Positions 50,988 through 60,268 of a DNA stretch of 64,000 nt are shown one piece after another; positions within the stretch are counted from its first letter, which is position 1, and each line of letters opens with the position of its first letter. This DNA comes from an uncultured Candidatus Saccharibacteria bacterium (GTDB lineage Bacteria; Patescibacteriota; Minisyncoccia; Minisyncoccales; JAGMDC01), in assembly GCA_964615205.1 (NCBI GenBank), contig CAZTQA010000001.1, positions 64,510 to 128,509 on the forward strand, given 5' to 3'. The position numbers and the translations under genes were made by a program. The notes below the pieces were generated by a model, which made no database searches, was not told the DNA's origin, and was given only the letters and a program-made list of their open reading frames with translations.

Positions 50988-51635
50988 ATGAAATTATTTT
51001 TAACTTCGGCAGGATTGCCACCTGAAACAACTAAATATTTTTTAAAGCTACTCGCTAAAAAACCAAAAAATACAAAGGTTTGTTTTGTGACTACGGCAGC
51101 TGTTCCTGAAAAGAATAAATGGTATCTTAGAAAAGATAGAAAAAGGCTTTTGGATTTAGGCTTTAAAGTAACTAGCATGGATTTAAGAGAAGAAAATAAA
51201 AAATCATTAAATGATAAACTGAAAAATTTTGATGTAATCTATATAGAGGGTGGTAATACTTTTTACTTACTGAAATATATTAAAAAGAGCGGGTTTGATA
51301 AAGTTATTAAACATTTTTTGAAGAAAAAGGGGATTTATGTTGGAGTAAGCGCTGGTAGTATTGTTGCTGGGTTAAATATAGATTCAGCTAAGTGGAAGCA
51401 GGCTGATAAAAATATAGTTCGCTTAAAAGATTTAACTGGCCTAAAATTAGTGCCTTTTGGCTTGACAGTTCATATAGATGAAACAAATATAGAAATAATT
51501 AAAAAATGCGCTCAAAAAGTGAATTATCCAATCATAGCTTTGTCAAATAAGCAAGCTGTTTTAATAAAAGATAAAACAAAAAAGATAGTCGGCCCAGGCG
51601 AAAAGCTTGTTTTTAATACAAGAGAAGGATTTTAA
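50988..51635 (+). CDS. Peptidase E / S51-family (type 1 glutamine-amidotransferase-like) protein
   Basis: MKLFLTS.G, IYIEGGNTFYLL, and the nucleophile elbow GVSAGS. Confidence 0.7.
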   Translation: MKLFLTSAGLPPETTKYFLKLLAKKPKNTKVCFVTTAAVPEKNKWYLRKDRKRLLDLGFKVTSMDLREENKKSLNDKLKNFDVIYIEGGNTFYLLKYIKKSGFDKVIKHFLKKKGIYVGVSAGSIVAGLNIDSAKWKQADKNIVRLKDLTGLKLVPFGLTVHIDETNIEIIKKCAQKVNYPIIALSNKQAVLIKDKTKKIVGPGEKLVFNTREGF

Positions 51636-51636
51636 T

Positions 51637-51665
51637 TTGACAATAAATATTGCAGGTGTTAAAAG
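51637..51665 (+). promoter_or_regulatory. Promoter TTGACA-17-(TGt)TAAAAG
   Basis: -35 at 51637-51642, -10 at 51660-51665. Near-twin of the promoter at 52076-52104. Followed by an approximately 55-nt leader with GGAGG. Confidence 0.5.
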
Positions 51666-51721
51666 TTAACCAGTACCTTAGGGTATTCTAAATAAAGAAG
51701 GATTAGGAGGCGAGAAGAACG

Positions 51722-52000
51722 ATGCCGAACATTAAACTCTATAGTTTTAACAGTAGGGGAGTAAGGTCAGTTAAGGAAACCTTAAGAGAACTTTTTAAAG
51801 ACCATCCTGACTTTGACAAGATGGTTGTAACAGTTATATCTAGCACAGTAACGACCGTAAAAGATGGTACTCCTGCGCCATACATTGAGGTAGCTGATAC
51901 TGATACACCACGAGGCAAGACTGTTGCTGACGAGATATCTAAAGTTCTCAAAGCGGATGTAGAACAAACATTGATAATCAAATTCACACCCACTAAATAG
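51722..52000 (+). CDS. Hypothetical protein (92 aa)
   Basis: GGAGG 11 nt upstream. More G+C-rich than the flanks. Begins Met-Pro. No family assigned. Confidence 0.5.
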   Translation: MPNIKLYSFNSRGVRSVKETLRELFKDHPDFDKMVVTVISSTVTTVKDGTPAPYIEVADTDTPRGKTVADEISKVLKADVEQTLIIKFTPTK

Positions 52001-52014
52001 ATCGTAAAAAAGTT

Positions 52015-52047
52015 GAAAGCTATATGCAAATAGGCTTTCTTTTTTTA
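52015..52047 (+). terminator. Intrinsic terminator
   Basis: GAAAGCta..taGGCTTTC hairpin followed by T7. Confidence 0.6.
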
Positions 52048-52075
52048 TTTACCAGTTGGTGAAGATAGAACTTTT

Positions 52076-52104
52076 TTGACAATTTTTATAGATTGTGTTA
52101 AAAA
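52076..52104 (+). promoter_or_regulatory. Promoter TTGACA-17-(TGt)TAAAAA
   Basis: -35 at 52076-52081, -10 at 52099-52104. Same TTGACAAT..GTGTTAAAA layout as 51637-51665. Confidence 0.5.
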
Positions 52105-52128
52105 ATATTATCCTAGGAGGTAAGTTCG

Positions 52129-52626
52129 TTGAAAAGAAAACATAAAGTGACTGTTGGGGTATTTGGGATTCCGCAGAATTCAGAGGGAAAAGGACTCTGG
52201 TCTAAAAGAACTGACGGCAAGGGCATTAATGCGATCGGAGGCACGATTGATCCTGAAGATGCAAAAAATTCAAGGAAATTGTTTGAAGTTCTTAAGCGTG
52301 AGTTTAGAGAAGAAGCGGGCGTCGAAATAGAATTGGTAGAAGAAAGGCCATTGGGAGTATTCCCGACAGCCAACCTTCAAGATATTGCCATTCTTTTCAA
52401 TGTTAGGATTGTTTCAGGAGAGCCTGCGCCGAGCCCTGAGGTCTTAGAACACATCTGGATGGATCCTTTTCAGGTTGTTAGAGCTGCCAAGCGTTACGAT
52501 AAAGGCGATATAGCTAATGGTCTTGTGAGTGGAAGGGGAAAGCGGCAATGGCAGATGGCAAAAGCTTTCTTTAAATACGCCAACCAAAACGCAGGATTTA
52601 AAAAGATCGCTGAAAGCGCAATGTAA
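52129..52626 (+). CDS. NUDIX hydrolase
   Basis: TTG start 8 nt after AGGAGG. Nudix box GGTIDPEDAKNSRKLFEVLKREFREEAGV (Gx5Ex7REUxEExGU). Confidence 0.8.
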   Translation: MKRKHKVTVGVFGIPQNSEGKGLWSKRTDGKGINAIGGTIDPEDAKNSRKLFEVLKREFREEAGVEIELVEERPLGVFPTANLQDIAILFNVRIVSGEPAPSPEVLEHIWMDPFQVVRAAKRYDKGDIANGLVSGRGKRQWQMAKAFFKYANQNAGFKKIAESAM

Positions 52627-52644
52627 ATAAAATGTAAATAAAAG

Positions 52645-52689
52645 GGGTATAAAGAAATTAAAAATAATTTCTTATTCCCTGTTTTTTTT
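52645..52689 (+). terminator. Intrinsic terminator
   Basis: GGGtatAAGAAATTA-aaaa-TAATTTCTTattCCC followed by tgT8. Confidence 0.7.
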
Positions 52690-52842
52690 ATTTAAATTTA
52701 GTTTACTCTTTCATTTACCAGTTGGCGGATGGGCAGTTTTTTGGTCCTCCTTCGTCCCGTTTAACGGAACTTCGGGTGGATTTAGTCTTCCTTCGCTTGC
52801 AAGCTTCGAACAGACGCAGTAAAATAAGATAATATAAAGAAA

Positions 52843-53088
52843 ATGAAATCATTTATTAAAGAGACTAACATACTGGCAATTTTTAGTTTTCTGATTGCGG
52901 TCTTCGCTTATGTGTATGAATTTATTATTAGTCATGAATATGGTACTACGGTTCTAAATTCAAGCGGAGTTATTGCTGTCGTTATAGGAATAATATCTTT
53001 AATTTACATAAGAAAAAGAAAAGAAAGAGGGAAATGGTTTGCGATTTTAGGAATAATTTTAGGATTATTAGCTGCCTCAATAATATAA
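52843..53088 (+). CDS. Small membrane protein (81 aa, 3 TM)
   Basis: Three hydrophobic helices. TAATAT at 52830-52835 lies 7 nt before the ATG. Confidence 0.45.
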   Translation: MKSFIKETNILAIFSFLIAVFAYVYEFIISHEYGTTVLNSSGVIAVVIGIISLIYIRKRKERGKWFAILGIILGLLAASII

Positions 53089-53099
53089 ATATAAAAAAT

Positions 53100-55046
53100 A
53101 TGTTTGAATTATTAAATCGAGGCATTTCAACATTAATCATTCTTTTAGTAGTTGCCGTTGCTGGCACAGGTATTTTAGCTTACCAATATCTCTGGCAACC
53201 GGAACCTATTACGTCACCAAATAAAACGCCACAAGTTCAGTCGCCAACTGATGAAACCGCTGGTTGGCAGACTTATGAAAATGAGGAACATAGACTTGCG
53301 ATGAAATATCCTAAGGAATGGGGTTTTTTAACATTAAAATCTGTAAAAAATAACGAGATCTATATTTTTGATTGTTCTAATGAAAGAATAGATCAAATTT
53401 TTTATTTAGAATCACGGGAAATATTTGCTTTTATAGAAGAAGGTAGACAATATAATAACTCATATACTTTTATAAACGAGGGTAGAGGATATGAACAAAT
53501 TATTAAAATTTTATATCCAGATAAGACAATAGAAAAGGTTTATAGCAGTTATGATGAAGATAAGGGAAATAGCCTTCCATCATTAGGAAGAATAAGAGAT
53601 ATCTATCTTTTACCTAATGAGAAATATCTTGCTTTTAAGAAAACTTTTTTTGAAGGCTCAAAATCTTATGTGACTAATACGGAAACTGGTTTGAATATAT
53701 TAGAGAATCAACCTGAAGAGATTTTATTTTCCCCTTACGATGATCTTTATTTATCACAAGATAATCAAGTTTTGGTAATTAGAAGCTATAGTGATGTTTT
53801 TACGACTATTGGCACAAACGGTTTATTTGTAAGCGATTATGGTAATCTTGAAAAACTAAATGAGGTTTTTGAATTTGTTAGTGAGTTTCCTGTATTTGAT
53901 ACTAAAATTGACCAGATATATTTTATAGATGATGAAAATTTATCTTTTATTTTAAAATCAGAGAACGAAGAAACCTTTTATCAATATTCTATAAAAACAA
54001 AGGAATTAAAAGAGGTAGAATTTACCAATTGGAAAACTTATAGAAATGAAGAATACGGCTTTGAGATAAAGCATCCTTCAGAATGGTCGAATCCAGAAAT
54101 ATCAGGAAGAACAGTTTCTTGGTATATTACGCCGTTTTTTTCTTTTAAGATTTTTAATGGAATACCTAATAATGAGTCTACTTTTAATGAGGATCCAGGT
54201 CTAATAAATGATTTAGAAAAATGGGTAGAGGTAGGAGATTGGCAGAGGGGCGGAGGTGTTTGGAGAACTTTTATAGATTGGCTTACTATAGGTAATTATA
54301 AAGCAGTTAAGGCTGAAGTAAACTGGACACACGCTAATCAAACCCATGTATATATTGGGAAAGATGGCGTTCTTTATGATATTTGGCTTACAAGTTCAAT
54401 ACCATTTGATGAAGCGACAGATGAAGAACGTGAGAAGTATATAAAAGATAAGGCTAACGAGAAAAAGTATGAAGAGATTTTCAATCAGATGCTTTCTACT
54501 TTTAAGTTTATCGAAGAAGAGGAATACGCTACGGCTTTGCTATTTTGTCTTGAAAAGTATAAAGAACATGAGTTGGTCTTAGAGGTATTACGCATAGAGC
54601 CGTATTTACAATCAGCTTCTTTCTTGAATTTTGATAGCGATGAAGATAAAGAAATAATAAGTCTTTGCTGGAATGGGGAATATTCTGGAAAAGAAGGAAT
54701 ATTATTTGTTTTAGATAAACAAAATAACCAGTGGAAATCTGTATGGGAAAAAGAGGGCGGGATTGATCAAAGATATTTTACTTTTGAAAATTTACGAATA
54801 AATGATGTTGATAATGACGGAATTGATGAAATAATATATGAAGAAAGAGGTTGGTATGGTGGAGGGGGCAATAACTATTTACATTTATATTCTCCAAAAT
54901 ATGATGAGTGGTTTTTGCGAGATAGTTGGTGGAGTTGGGATCTTGAGAAAGAAGAAGAAATAACAGGAACAAATTTTTCTCCCAATCTAGATTTGGAAGA
55001 ATATAAAGTTTTTAAAGAATTTTTAGAAAACTATAGCATACAATAG
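53100..55046 (+). CDS. Large N-terminally anchored/secreted protein of unknown function
   Basis: Start at ATG 53100 (MFELLNRGISTLIILLVVAVAGTGILAY = signal anchor). Two copies of a W.TY.NEE.....K(Y/H)P.EW module. FG-GAP/VCBS-like NDVDNDGIDEIIYE near the C-terminus. Confidence 0.6.
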   Translation: MFELLNRGISTLIILLVVAVAGTGILAYQYLWQPEPITSPNKTPQVQSPTDETAGWQTYENEEHRLAMKYPKEWGFLTLKSVKNNEIYIFDCSNERIDQIFYLESREIFAFIEEGRQYNNSYTFINEGRGYEQIIKILYPDKTIEKVYSSYDEDKGNSLPSLGRIRDIYLLPNEKYLAFKKTFFEGSKSYVTNTETGLNILENQPEEILFSPYDDLYLSQDNQVLVIRSYSDVFTTIGTNGLFVSDYGNLEKLNEVFEFVSEFPVFDTKIDQIYFIDDENLSFILKSENEETFYQYSIKTKELKEVEFTNWKTYRNEEYGFEIKHPSEWSNPEISGRTVSWYITPFFSFKIFNGIPNNESTFNEDPGLINDLEKWVEVGDWQRGGGVWRTFIDWLTIGNYKAVKAEVNWTHANQTHVYIGKDGVLYDIWLTSSIPFDEATDEEREKYIKDKANEKKYEEIFNQMLSTFKFIEEEEYATALLFCLEKYKEHELVLEVLRIEPYLQSASFLNFDSDEDKEIISLCWNGEYSGKEGILFVLDKQNNQWKSVWEKEGGIDQRYFTFENLRINDVDNDGIDEIIYEERGWYGGGGNNYLHLYSPKYDEWFLRDSWWSWDLEKEEEITGTNFSPNLDLEEYKVFKEFLENYSIQ

Positions 55047-55047
55047 T

Positions 55048-55653
55048 ATGGAAGCAGAACTTAAGTGGCAAATTACTTCGTCAAAAAAAAGAAAACAAAT
55101 TCAAGAAGGAGTTCTTATTATTGGACCAGTACTTATTGGTTTTATTTTTCTTTTTTTAACGAGTAGATTCAATATATACAATATTAGCTTTAAAGAAATT
55201 ATTTATGCCATTCTTGGCGTAATAATTAGTTTTTTATTACTTTTATTGATAAATAAAATTTTTCCATACCAGGACAGAAAATATTCTTTAGATAATAATG
55301 GAATAACGATCTCTAAGGGTAAAAAAACAAAAAGATATTTATGGACTGATTTTGAATGTTTTCATCCATATTCAGAGGGGCGTGGTTTTAAGCCGGATGT
55401 AAGGCCGCGCAGTTTAGATTTAGAAGAATCCAGAGAAAAAATATTTGAAGCTGGCAAAAAGATTGAAGGATATATATTCTATCTTAAGAAGAAACAAAAA
55501 AATATTTTCTCTAAATTATATAAAGTTTTTGTTGTCGTTTATTCTGAAATTGAAAATCAAAAAGCGGTTAATAAATTTCTATCAAACCATTTGCCCAAAA
55601 AATCAATGAAAAATACAACTGACTTAGGATTGATTTTTTACGAGTTTAAATAA
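55048..55653 (+). CDS. Hypothetical membrane protein (2 TM + soluble domain)
   Basis: Two adjacent TM helices, then a basic soluble domain. No family assigned. Confidence 0.45.
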   Translation: MEAELKWQITSSKKRKQIQEGVLIIGPVLIGFIFLFLTSRFNIYNISFKEIIYAILGVIISFLLLLLINKIFPYQDRKYSLDNNGITISKGKKTKRYLWTDFECFHPYSEGRGFKPDVRPRSLDLEESREKIFEAGKKIEGYIFYLKKKQKNIFSKLYKVFVVVYSEIENQKAVNKFLSNHLPKKSMKNTTDLGLIFYEFK

Positions 55654-55662
55654 AAAAATAAT

Positions 55663-56016
55663 ATGGAGAAATTCTGTATAGGAAAATATAAAGAGGACGC
55701 AAAGGAGGGCAAGGGCTGGTTTTTAGGTTCTTTTATGAAAGATGAAATCAGAAAGACCGATAAAATCCAGTTTAAATATTGGAAGCTTAAAAAAGGAAAG
55801 AATCCGGAAAACAAGGCCCTAACCCATACCTCGCCGGAGTATACTATTATTCTAAAAGGTAAATTAGACGGCGAGATTGACGGCCAGAAAATAGAATTAG
55901 AAACAGGAGATTATATTGTTATAAGAGCCGGAGTGCCTCATCATTATCCAATTAATATCTATGAGGACGTAGAGGCCTTTACCCTCAGAGTTCCAAATAA
56001 CGAAAAACACTCTTGA
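55663..56016 (+). CDS. Cupin-domain protein
   Basis: GDYIVIRAGVPHHY-type cupin motif 2. 117 aa. Confidence 0.6.
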   Translation: MEKFCIGKYKEDAKEGKGWFLGSFMKDEIRKTDKIQFKYWKLKKGKNPENKALTHTSPEYTIILKGKLDGEIDGQKIELETGDYIVIRAGVPHHYPINIYEDVEAFTLRVPNNEKHS

Positions 56017-56029
56017 GAGTGTTCTTTAT
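56006..56029 (+). terminator. Hairpin terminator overlapping the cupin stop codon
   Basis: AACACTC-ttga-GAGTGTT followed by cTTTaT. Confidence 0.45.
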
Positions 56030-56030
56030 G

Positions 56031-56104
56031 TCGGGGCACCCGGACTTGAACCGGGAATCACACGCACCCCATGCGTGCATGTTAGCCAATTACACTATGC
56101 CCCG
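56031..56104 (-). tRNA. tRNA-Pro (anticodon GGG)
   Basis: Reverse complement CGGGGCA-TA-GTGTAATTGGCTAACAT-G-CACGC-ATGGGGT-GCGTG-TGATT-CCCGG-TTCAAGT-CCGGG-TGCCCCG-A. Perfect 7-bp acceptor stem. CCA is not encoded. Confidence 0.9.
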
Positions 56105-56121
56105 AATTTTGAGAGTTGGCG

Positions 56122-56343
56122 TCATTTTGTCTTAAATAGAGTTCTCATACACTTTGCGCAGACAAGAATTCTTTTTCCAGCAAAAGCTTTGAATGCTTTT
56201 TTTTCTACATCCATAGGAACTCTAACCCATTGAAGATTGGGGTATTTTCTTTTTTTGGGAGAAGGATTATACTTTCCTCTTAGCTTATTGAGTTTGCGCG
56301 CCATTATTCCTTTTTTTTCGCAGAGAGCGCATTGTTTAGCCAT
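56122..56343 (-). CDS. rpmB: Ribosomal protein L28
   Basis: MAKQCALCEKKG....N.....K.KR...PNLQ...V......R.LVCAKCMR pattern. Start at the internal ATG 56343. Confidence 0.7.
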   Translation of the reverse strand: MAKQCALCEKKGIMARKLNKLRGKYNPSPKKRKYPNLQWVRVPMDVEKKAFKAFAGKRILVCAKCMRTLFKTK

Positions 56344-56413
56344 CGCTATTATACTAATATCTTTTTTAAAATTTGGCAAGCCCTGTTTTTTTTGTTATAA
56401 TCTAATTACCTTT

Positions 56414-57031
56414 ATGGATTTAGTGGCTTTTAAAATTTTTTTGTACATCGTTATAATCTTTTCTGCAGTTTTTCATGAATTTAGCCATGGATGGATGGCT
56501 AATTTTTTGGGAGACCCGACCGCCAAGTATGCCGGCCGACTTACTTTAAATCCTTTGAAGCACATAGATCCTTTGGGTACAGTAATTATCCCTTTATTTC
56601 TCTTATTTTCTGTGGGCGGATTTATTGGATGGGCTAAACCAGTACCCTATAACCCCTATAACCTTAGAAGCGGAAAGTATGCTTCCACAAAAGTGGCTAT
56701 GGCTGGTCCGGCCTCAAATCTTGTTATTGCCTTGATTTTTGCTTTGATTCTAAGATTTTTTCCCTTGCAAGGTTTTTTCTATATTGCCTTTACCTGGATT
56801 GTTTATATCAATATTTTCTTGGCCTTTTTTAACCTTATACCTATTCCGCCCCTAGACGGTTCTAAGTTATTGATGGACATCTTTCCTCAATCCCAGGCAT
56901 TGAGAGTTTTAGAACAATCATTCATAGGCATATTTTTGGCCATTGCTTTGGCTATTATGATTTTACCAGTTATTTCTTCAGTTATTTATTATGCCTTTGT
57001 GGGAAATGTTTTCCAGGGCTTAATATTTTAA
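56414..57031 (+). CDS. Site-2 protease family (peptidase M50) membrane metalloprotease
   Basis: HEFSHG zinc motif, LNPLKHIDPLGT, NLIPIPPLDGS. Start at ATG 56414; the track's upstream 59 aa are antisense to rpmB. Confidence 0.8.
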   Translation: MDLVAFKIFLYIVIIFSAVFHEFSHGWMANFLGDPTAKYAGRLTLNPLKHIDPLGTVIIPLFLLFSVGGFIGWAKPVPYNPYNLRSGKYASTKVAMAGPASNLVIALIFALILRFFPLQGFFYIAFTWIVYINIFLAFFNLIPIPPLDGSKLLMDIFPQSQALRVLEQSFIGIFLAIALAIMILPVISSVIYYAFVGNVFQGLIF

Positions 57032-57058
57032 TTGACAATGTAAGTATTATTTGTTAAA

Positions 57059-57087
57059 TTGACAATAGGCACTTGGTGCTGTATTAT
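57059..57087 (+). promoter_or_regulatory. str-operon promoter TTGACA-17-TATTAT, 7 nt from the rpsL ATG
   Basis: -35 at 57059-57064, -10 at 57082-57087, ATG at 57095, no SD. A second TTGACA lies at 57032-57037. Confidence 0.5.
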
Positions 57088-57094
57088 TTTTAAT

Positions 57095-57562
57095 ATGCCA
57101 ACAATACACCAACTTATAAAAAAGAAAAGAAAGACTGCTAAAAAAGCCAGTAAGAGGCCGGCTTTGGCTTTTGGCTTCAATGTCTTAAAAAATAGACCCA
57201 GTAAATACAGATCTCCTTTTAAAAGAGGAGTTTGCGTTAAAGTTTTTACGGTTACTCCCAGGAAGCCTAATTCTGCCTTAAGAAAGGTGGCTAGAGTGAG
57301 ATTGAGCAACGGGATGGAGGTGAGCGCCTATATTCCAGGCATTGGCCATAATTTGCAGGAACACTCTGTGATTATAATCAGAGGAGGCAGGGTAAAAGAT
57401 CTGCCCGGAGTGAGATACCACGTAGTGAGAGGTATTTTAGACACTAGCGGTGTGGAAGGAAGAAAACAGGGAAGAAGCAAGTATGGAGCTAAAAAAGAAA
57501 AAGGTCCAGCAGGTGCTGCTGCTTCCAAGGCAGAACCAGCGAAGCCGGATAAAACAAAATAA
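57095..57562 (+). CDS. rpsL: Ribosomal protein S12 (with about 30-aa Ala/Lys-rich C-terminal extension)
   Basis: [25 protein letters not shown], and the PGVRYH.VRG motif. Confidence 0.95.
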   Translation: MPTIHQLIKKKRKTAKKASKRPALAFGFNVLKNRPSKYRSPFKRGVCVKVFTVTPRKPNSALRKVARVRLSNGMEVSAYIPGIGHNLQEHSVIIIRGGRVKDLPGVRYHVVRGILDTSGVEGRKQGRSKYGAKKEKGPAGAAASKAEPAKPDKTK

Positions 57563-57565
57563 ACT

Positions 57566-58030
57566 ATGCCTAGAGGACAATACAAAAAAAAAGAAATTAT
57601 TCCAGATCCAGTTTTTGAAGATATTATGGTGAGCAAATTTATTAATTGCCTTATGCGTAAAGGCAAAAAAAGTGTTGCCCGAAAAATTGTTTACAATGCC
57701 TTTGATATTATAAAGAAAAAAGCCCAAAAGGAACCCTTGGAAGTTTTTACATCAGCTATAGAAAATACTTCTCCTTCTGTTGAAGTGAAATCAAGAAGAA
57801 TGGGAGGAGCTGTTTATCAGGTTCCAATTGAAATTAAAGGCGAAAGAAAAACCAGTTTGGCTATGCGCTGGATTGTGGCTGCAGCCCAAAAAAAGAAAGG
57901 GAAAGTTATGGCAGAGAAACTGGCAGAAGAATTAATGGCTGCTTCCAAAAATGAAGGCGCAGCTATAAAGAAGAAAATTGATACTCATCGCATGGCTGAA
58001 GCTAATAGAGCCTTTGCTCATTTTGCCTAA
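57566..58030 (+). CDS. rpsG: Ribosomal protein S7
   Basis: ..DP.F.......KFIN.LM..GKKS.A..I.. and the C-terminal ..[13 protein letters not shown]. Confidence 0.95.
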   Translation: MPRGQYKKKEIIPDPVFEDIMVSKFINCLMRKGKKSVARKIVYNAFDIIKKKAQKEPLEVFTSAIENTSPSVEVKSRRMGGAVYQVPIEIKGERKTSLAMRWIVAAAQKKKGKVMAEKLAEELMAASKNEGAAIKKKIDTHRMAEANRAFAHFA

Positions 58031-58120
58031 GCCCAATTAATATGTTTGGAGAAAAAACAGATTTCATTCTTAGTTTTATTTTAGTCTTATTATTGATTTA
58101 TCTTTTATATATTTTAAACA

Positions 58121-60229
58121 ATGCCTAGGAAATACCCCATTGAAAAAACAAGAGATATAGGAATTATTGCTCATATTGACGCTGGAAAAACTACGGTTAG
58201 CGAGCGAGTTTTGTTTTACACCGGCATTTCTCATAAAATCGGAGAAGTTCATGAAGGCCAGGCTATTATGGACTGGATGGAACAAGAAAGAGAAAGAGGC
58301 ATTACCATTACTTCAGCAGCTACAACTTGTTTCTGGTCTCCGGAAGAATATACCACCAAGGAAAAAACCAATGAACATAAGATAAACATCATTGATACCC
58401 CGGGCCACATTGATTTTACAGCTGAAGTCCAGCGCTCTTTAAGGGTTTTAGACGGAGCAGTAGTTATTTTTGACGGAGTAGCCGGTGTTGAATCCCAGTC
58501 AGAAACAGTTTGGCATCAGGCAGACAAATTCAAGGTTCCCAGAATATGTTTTATCAATAAATTAGACAGAATGGGAGCTAATTTTGAAAAAAGCTTTGAT
58601 TCCATTATCCAAAAACTTACTCCTAATGCTGTGGCTATGCAGATACCTATTGGGAGCGAAGACAAGCTGGAAGGAGTAATTGATTTGTTAAAAATGAAGG
58701 CCTTTAAATTTGAAGGCAGTTTAGGAGAACAAGTGAAGGAAGAGGAAATTCCTGAAAATTTAAAAAGTGAATCTGAAGACTGGCATCAGAAAATGTTAGA
58801 AAAGATTGCTGGCGAGGATGAAAAGCTTGTAGAAAAGTATTTAAAGGAAGAGAAAGTATCAGAAGAGGAACTAAAAAATGTTTTGCGAAAAGCAGTTATA
58901 AATTATAAGCTAATTCCGGTTTTCTGCGGTTCAGCTCTTAAAAACAAAGGAGTTCAGCTTCTTTTGGACGCAGTGGTTTATTATCTTCCCTCTCCCACAG
59001 AATTGCCTGCCATTAAAGGCAGAAATCCCAAGACTGACCAGGAGGAGGAAAGAAAACCAGACGATAACGAACCCTTTGCGGCTTTGTCTTTTAAAATTGC
59101 TACCGACCCTTTTGTGGGAACCCTGACTTATTTTCGGGTTTATTCTGGTTCTATTAAAAAAGGTTCTTATGTTTCAAATAGCCATACTGGAGAAAAGGAA
59201 CGCTTAGGAAGGATTTTGCGCATGCATTCCAACGAAAGAGAAGAAGTGGAAGAGCTTTTTGCCGGGGATATTGCAGCTACTGTAGGATTAAAAAATACTG
59301 GCACCGGGCATACACTTTGCGACGAACAGTATCCTATCATCTTGGAAGAAATTACTTTTCCAGAACCAGTTATTTCTATTCGTATTGAGCCTAAAACCAA
59401 AGCTGATCAGGAAAAGATGAGCTTGGCCTTGAAACGGTTGTCAGAGGAAGATCCTACTTTTAAGATCAAAACCGATGAAGAAACAGGAGAAACAATTATT
59501 TCCGGTATGGGAGAGCTGCATTTAGATATTCTTTGCGACCGCATGAAAAGAGAATTTAAGGTGGAAGCCAACAAGGGCAGGCCTCAAGTCGCCTATAAAG
59601 AAACAATCAGAAATTCGGCTGAAGCAGAAGGGAAATATATCCGTCAGTCAGGAGGCCGAGGTCAGTACGGACATGTCTGGTTAAGATTGGAGCCTAAGGA
59701 AAGAGGCAAGGGTTTTGAATTTATTGATGAGATAAAAGGAGGAGTTATTCCTAGAGAATTCATTCCGGCTGTAGAGAAAGGAGTTAAAGAAGCTATAGAA
59801 AAAGGAGTTGTGGCTGGATATCCAGTGGTTGATGTTTCAGTTGCTCTTTACGACGGTTCTTTTCACGAAGTTGATTCTTCTGAGATTGCTTTCAAGATTG
59901 CTGCTTCTACTGCTTTTCAAGAGGCAGCCAGAAGAGCCAAGCCGGTTTTGCTGGAACCGATTATGAAACTGGAAGTGGTTATTCCCCAAGAGCACTTGGG
60001 TGATGTTATTGGTAATTTAAGTTCCCGCAGGGGAAAGATTGAAGAAACCCAAGATCGTTTGAATATGAAAGTAATTGATGCTAAAGTACCTTTAGCCGAA
60101 ATGTTTGGTTATGCGACAACTCTTCGTTCTTTAACTGAAGGACGGGGAACTTTTACCATGGAATTTGACCACTATGAACCAGTACCAGATAATATTACCC
60201 AGGAAATAATAGAGGGTAAAAGGAAATAA
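58121..60229 (+). CDS. fusA: Elongation factor G
   Basis: [22 protein letters not shown] GTPase motifs. 702 aa. Confidence 0.97.
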   Translation: MPRKYPIEKTRDIGIIAHIDAGKTTVSERVLFYTGISHKIGEVHEGQAIMDWMEQERERGITITSAATTCFWSPEEYTTKEKTNEHKINIIDTPGHIDFTAEVQRSLRVLDGAVVIFDGVAGVESQSETVWHQADKFKVPRICFINKLDRMGANFEKSFDSIIQKLTPNAVAMQIPIGSEDKLEGVIDLLKMKAFKFEGSLGEQVKEEEIPENLKSESEDWHQKMLEKIAGEDEKLVEKYLKEEKVSEEELKNVLRKAVINYKLIPVFCGSALKNKGVQLLLDAVVYYLPSPTELPAIKGRNPKTDQEEERKPDDNEPFAALSFKIATDPFVGTLTYFRVYSGSIKKGSYVSNSHTGEKERLGRILRMHSNEREEVEELFAGDIAATVGLKNTGTGHTLCDEQYPIILEEITFPEPVISIRIEPKTKADQEKMSLALKRLSEEDPTFKIKTDEETGETIISGMGELHLDILCDRMKREFKVEANKGRPQVAYKETIRNSAEAEGKYIRQSGGRGQYGHVWLRLEPKERGKGFEFIDEIKGGVIPREFIPAVEKGVKEAIEKGVVAGYPVVDVSVALYDGSFHEVDSSEIAFKIAASTAFQEAARRAKPVLLEPIMKLEVVIPQEHLGDVIGNLSSRRGKIEETQDRLNMKVIDAKVPLAEMFGYATTLRSLTEGRGTFTMEFDHYEPVPDNITQEIIEGKRK

Positions 60230-60268
60230 GCTTGCTTTTTTTCTTGGTTTTTGCTATTATATTTTATT

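Noticed and set aside
52690-52830. Integron-like attC sites / gene cassettes around the NUDIX gene.
   Set aside because: The cassettes carry their own promoters, there is no RYYYAAC/GTTRRRY core pair, and no integron integrase lies in the window.
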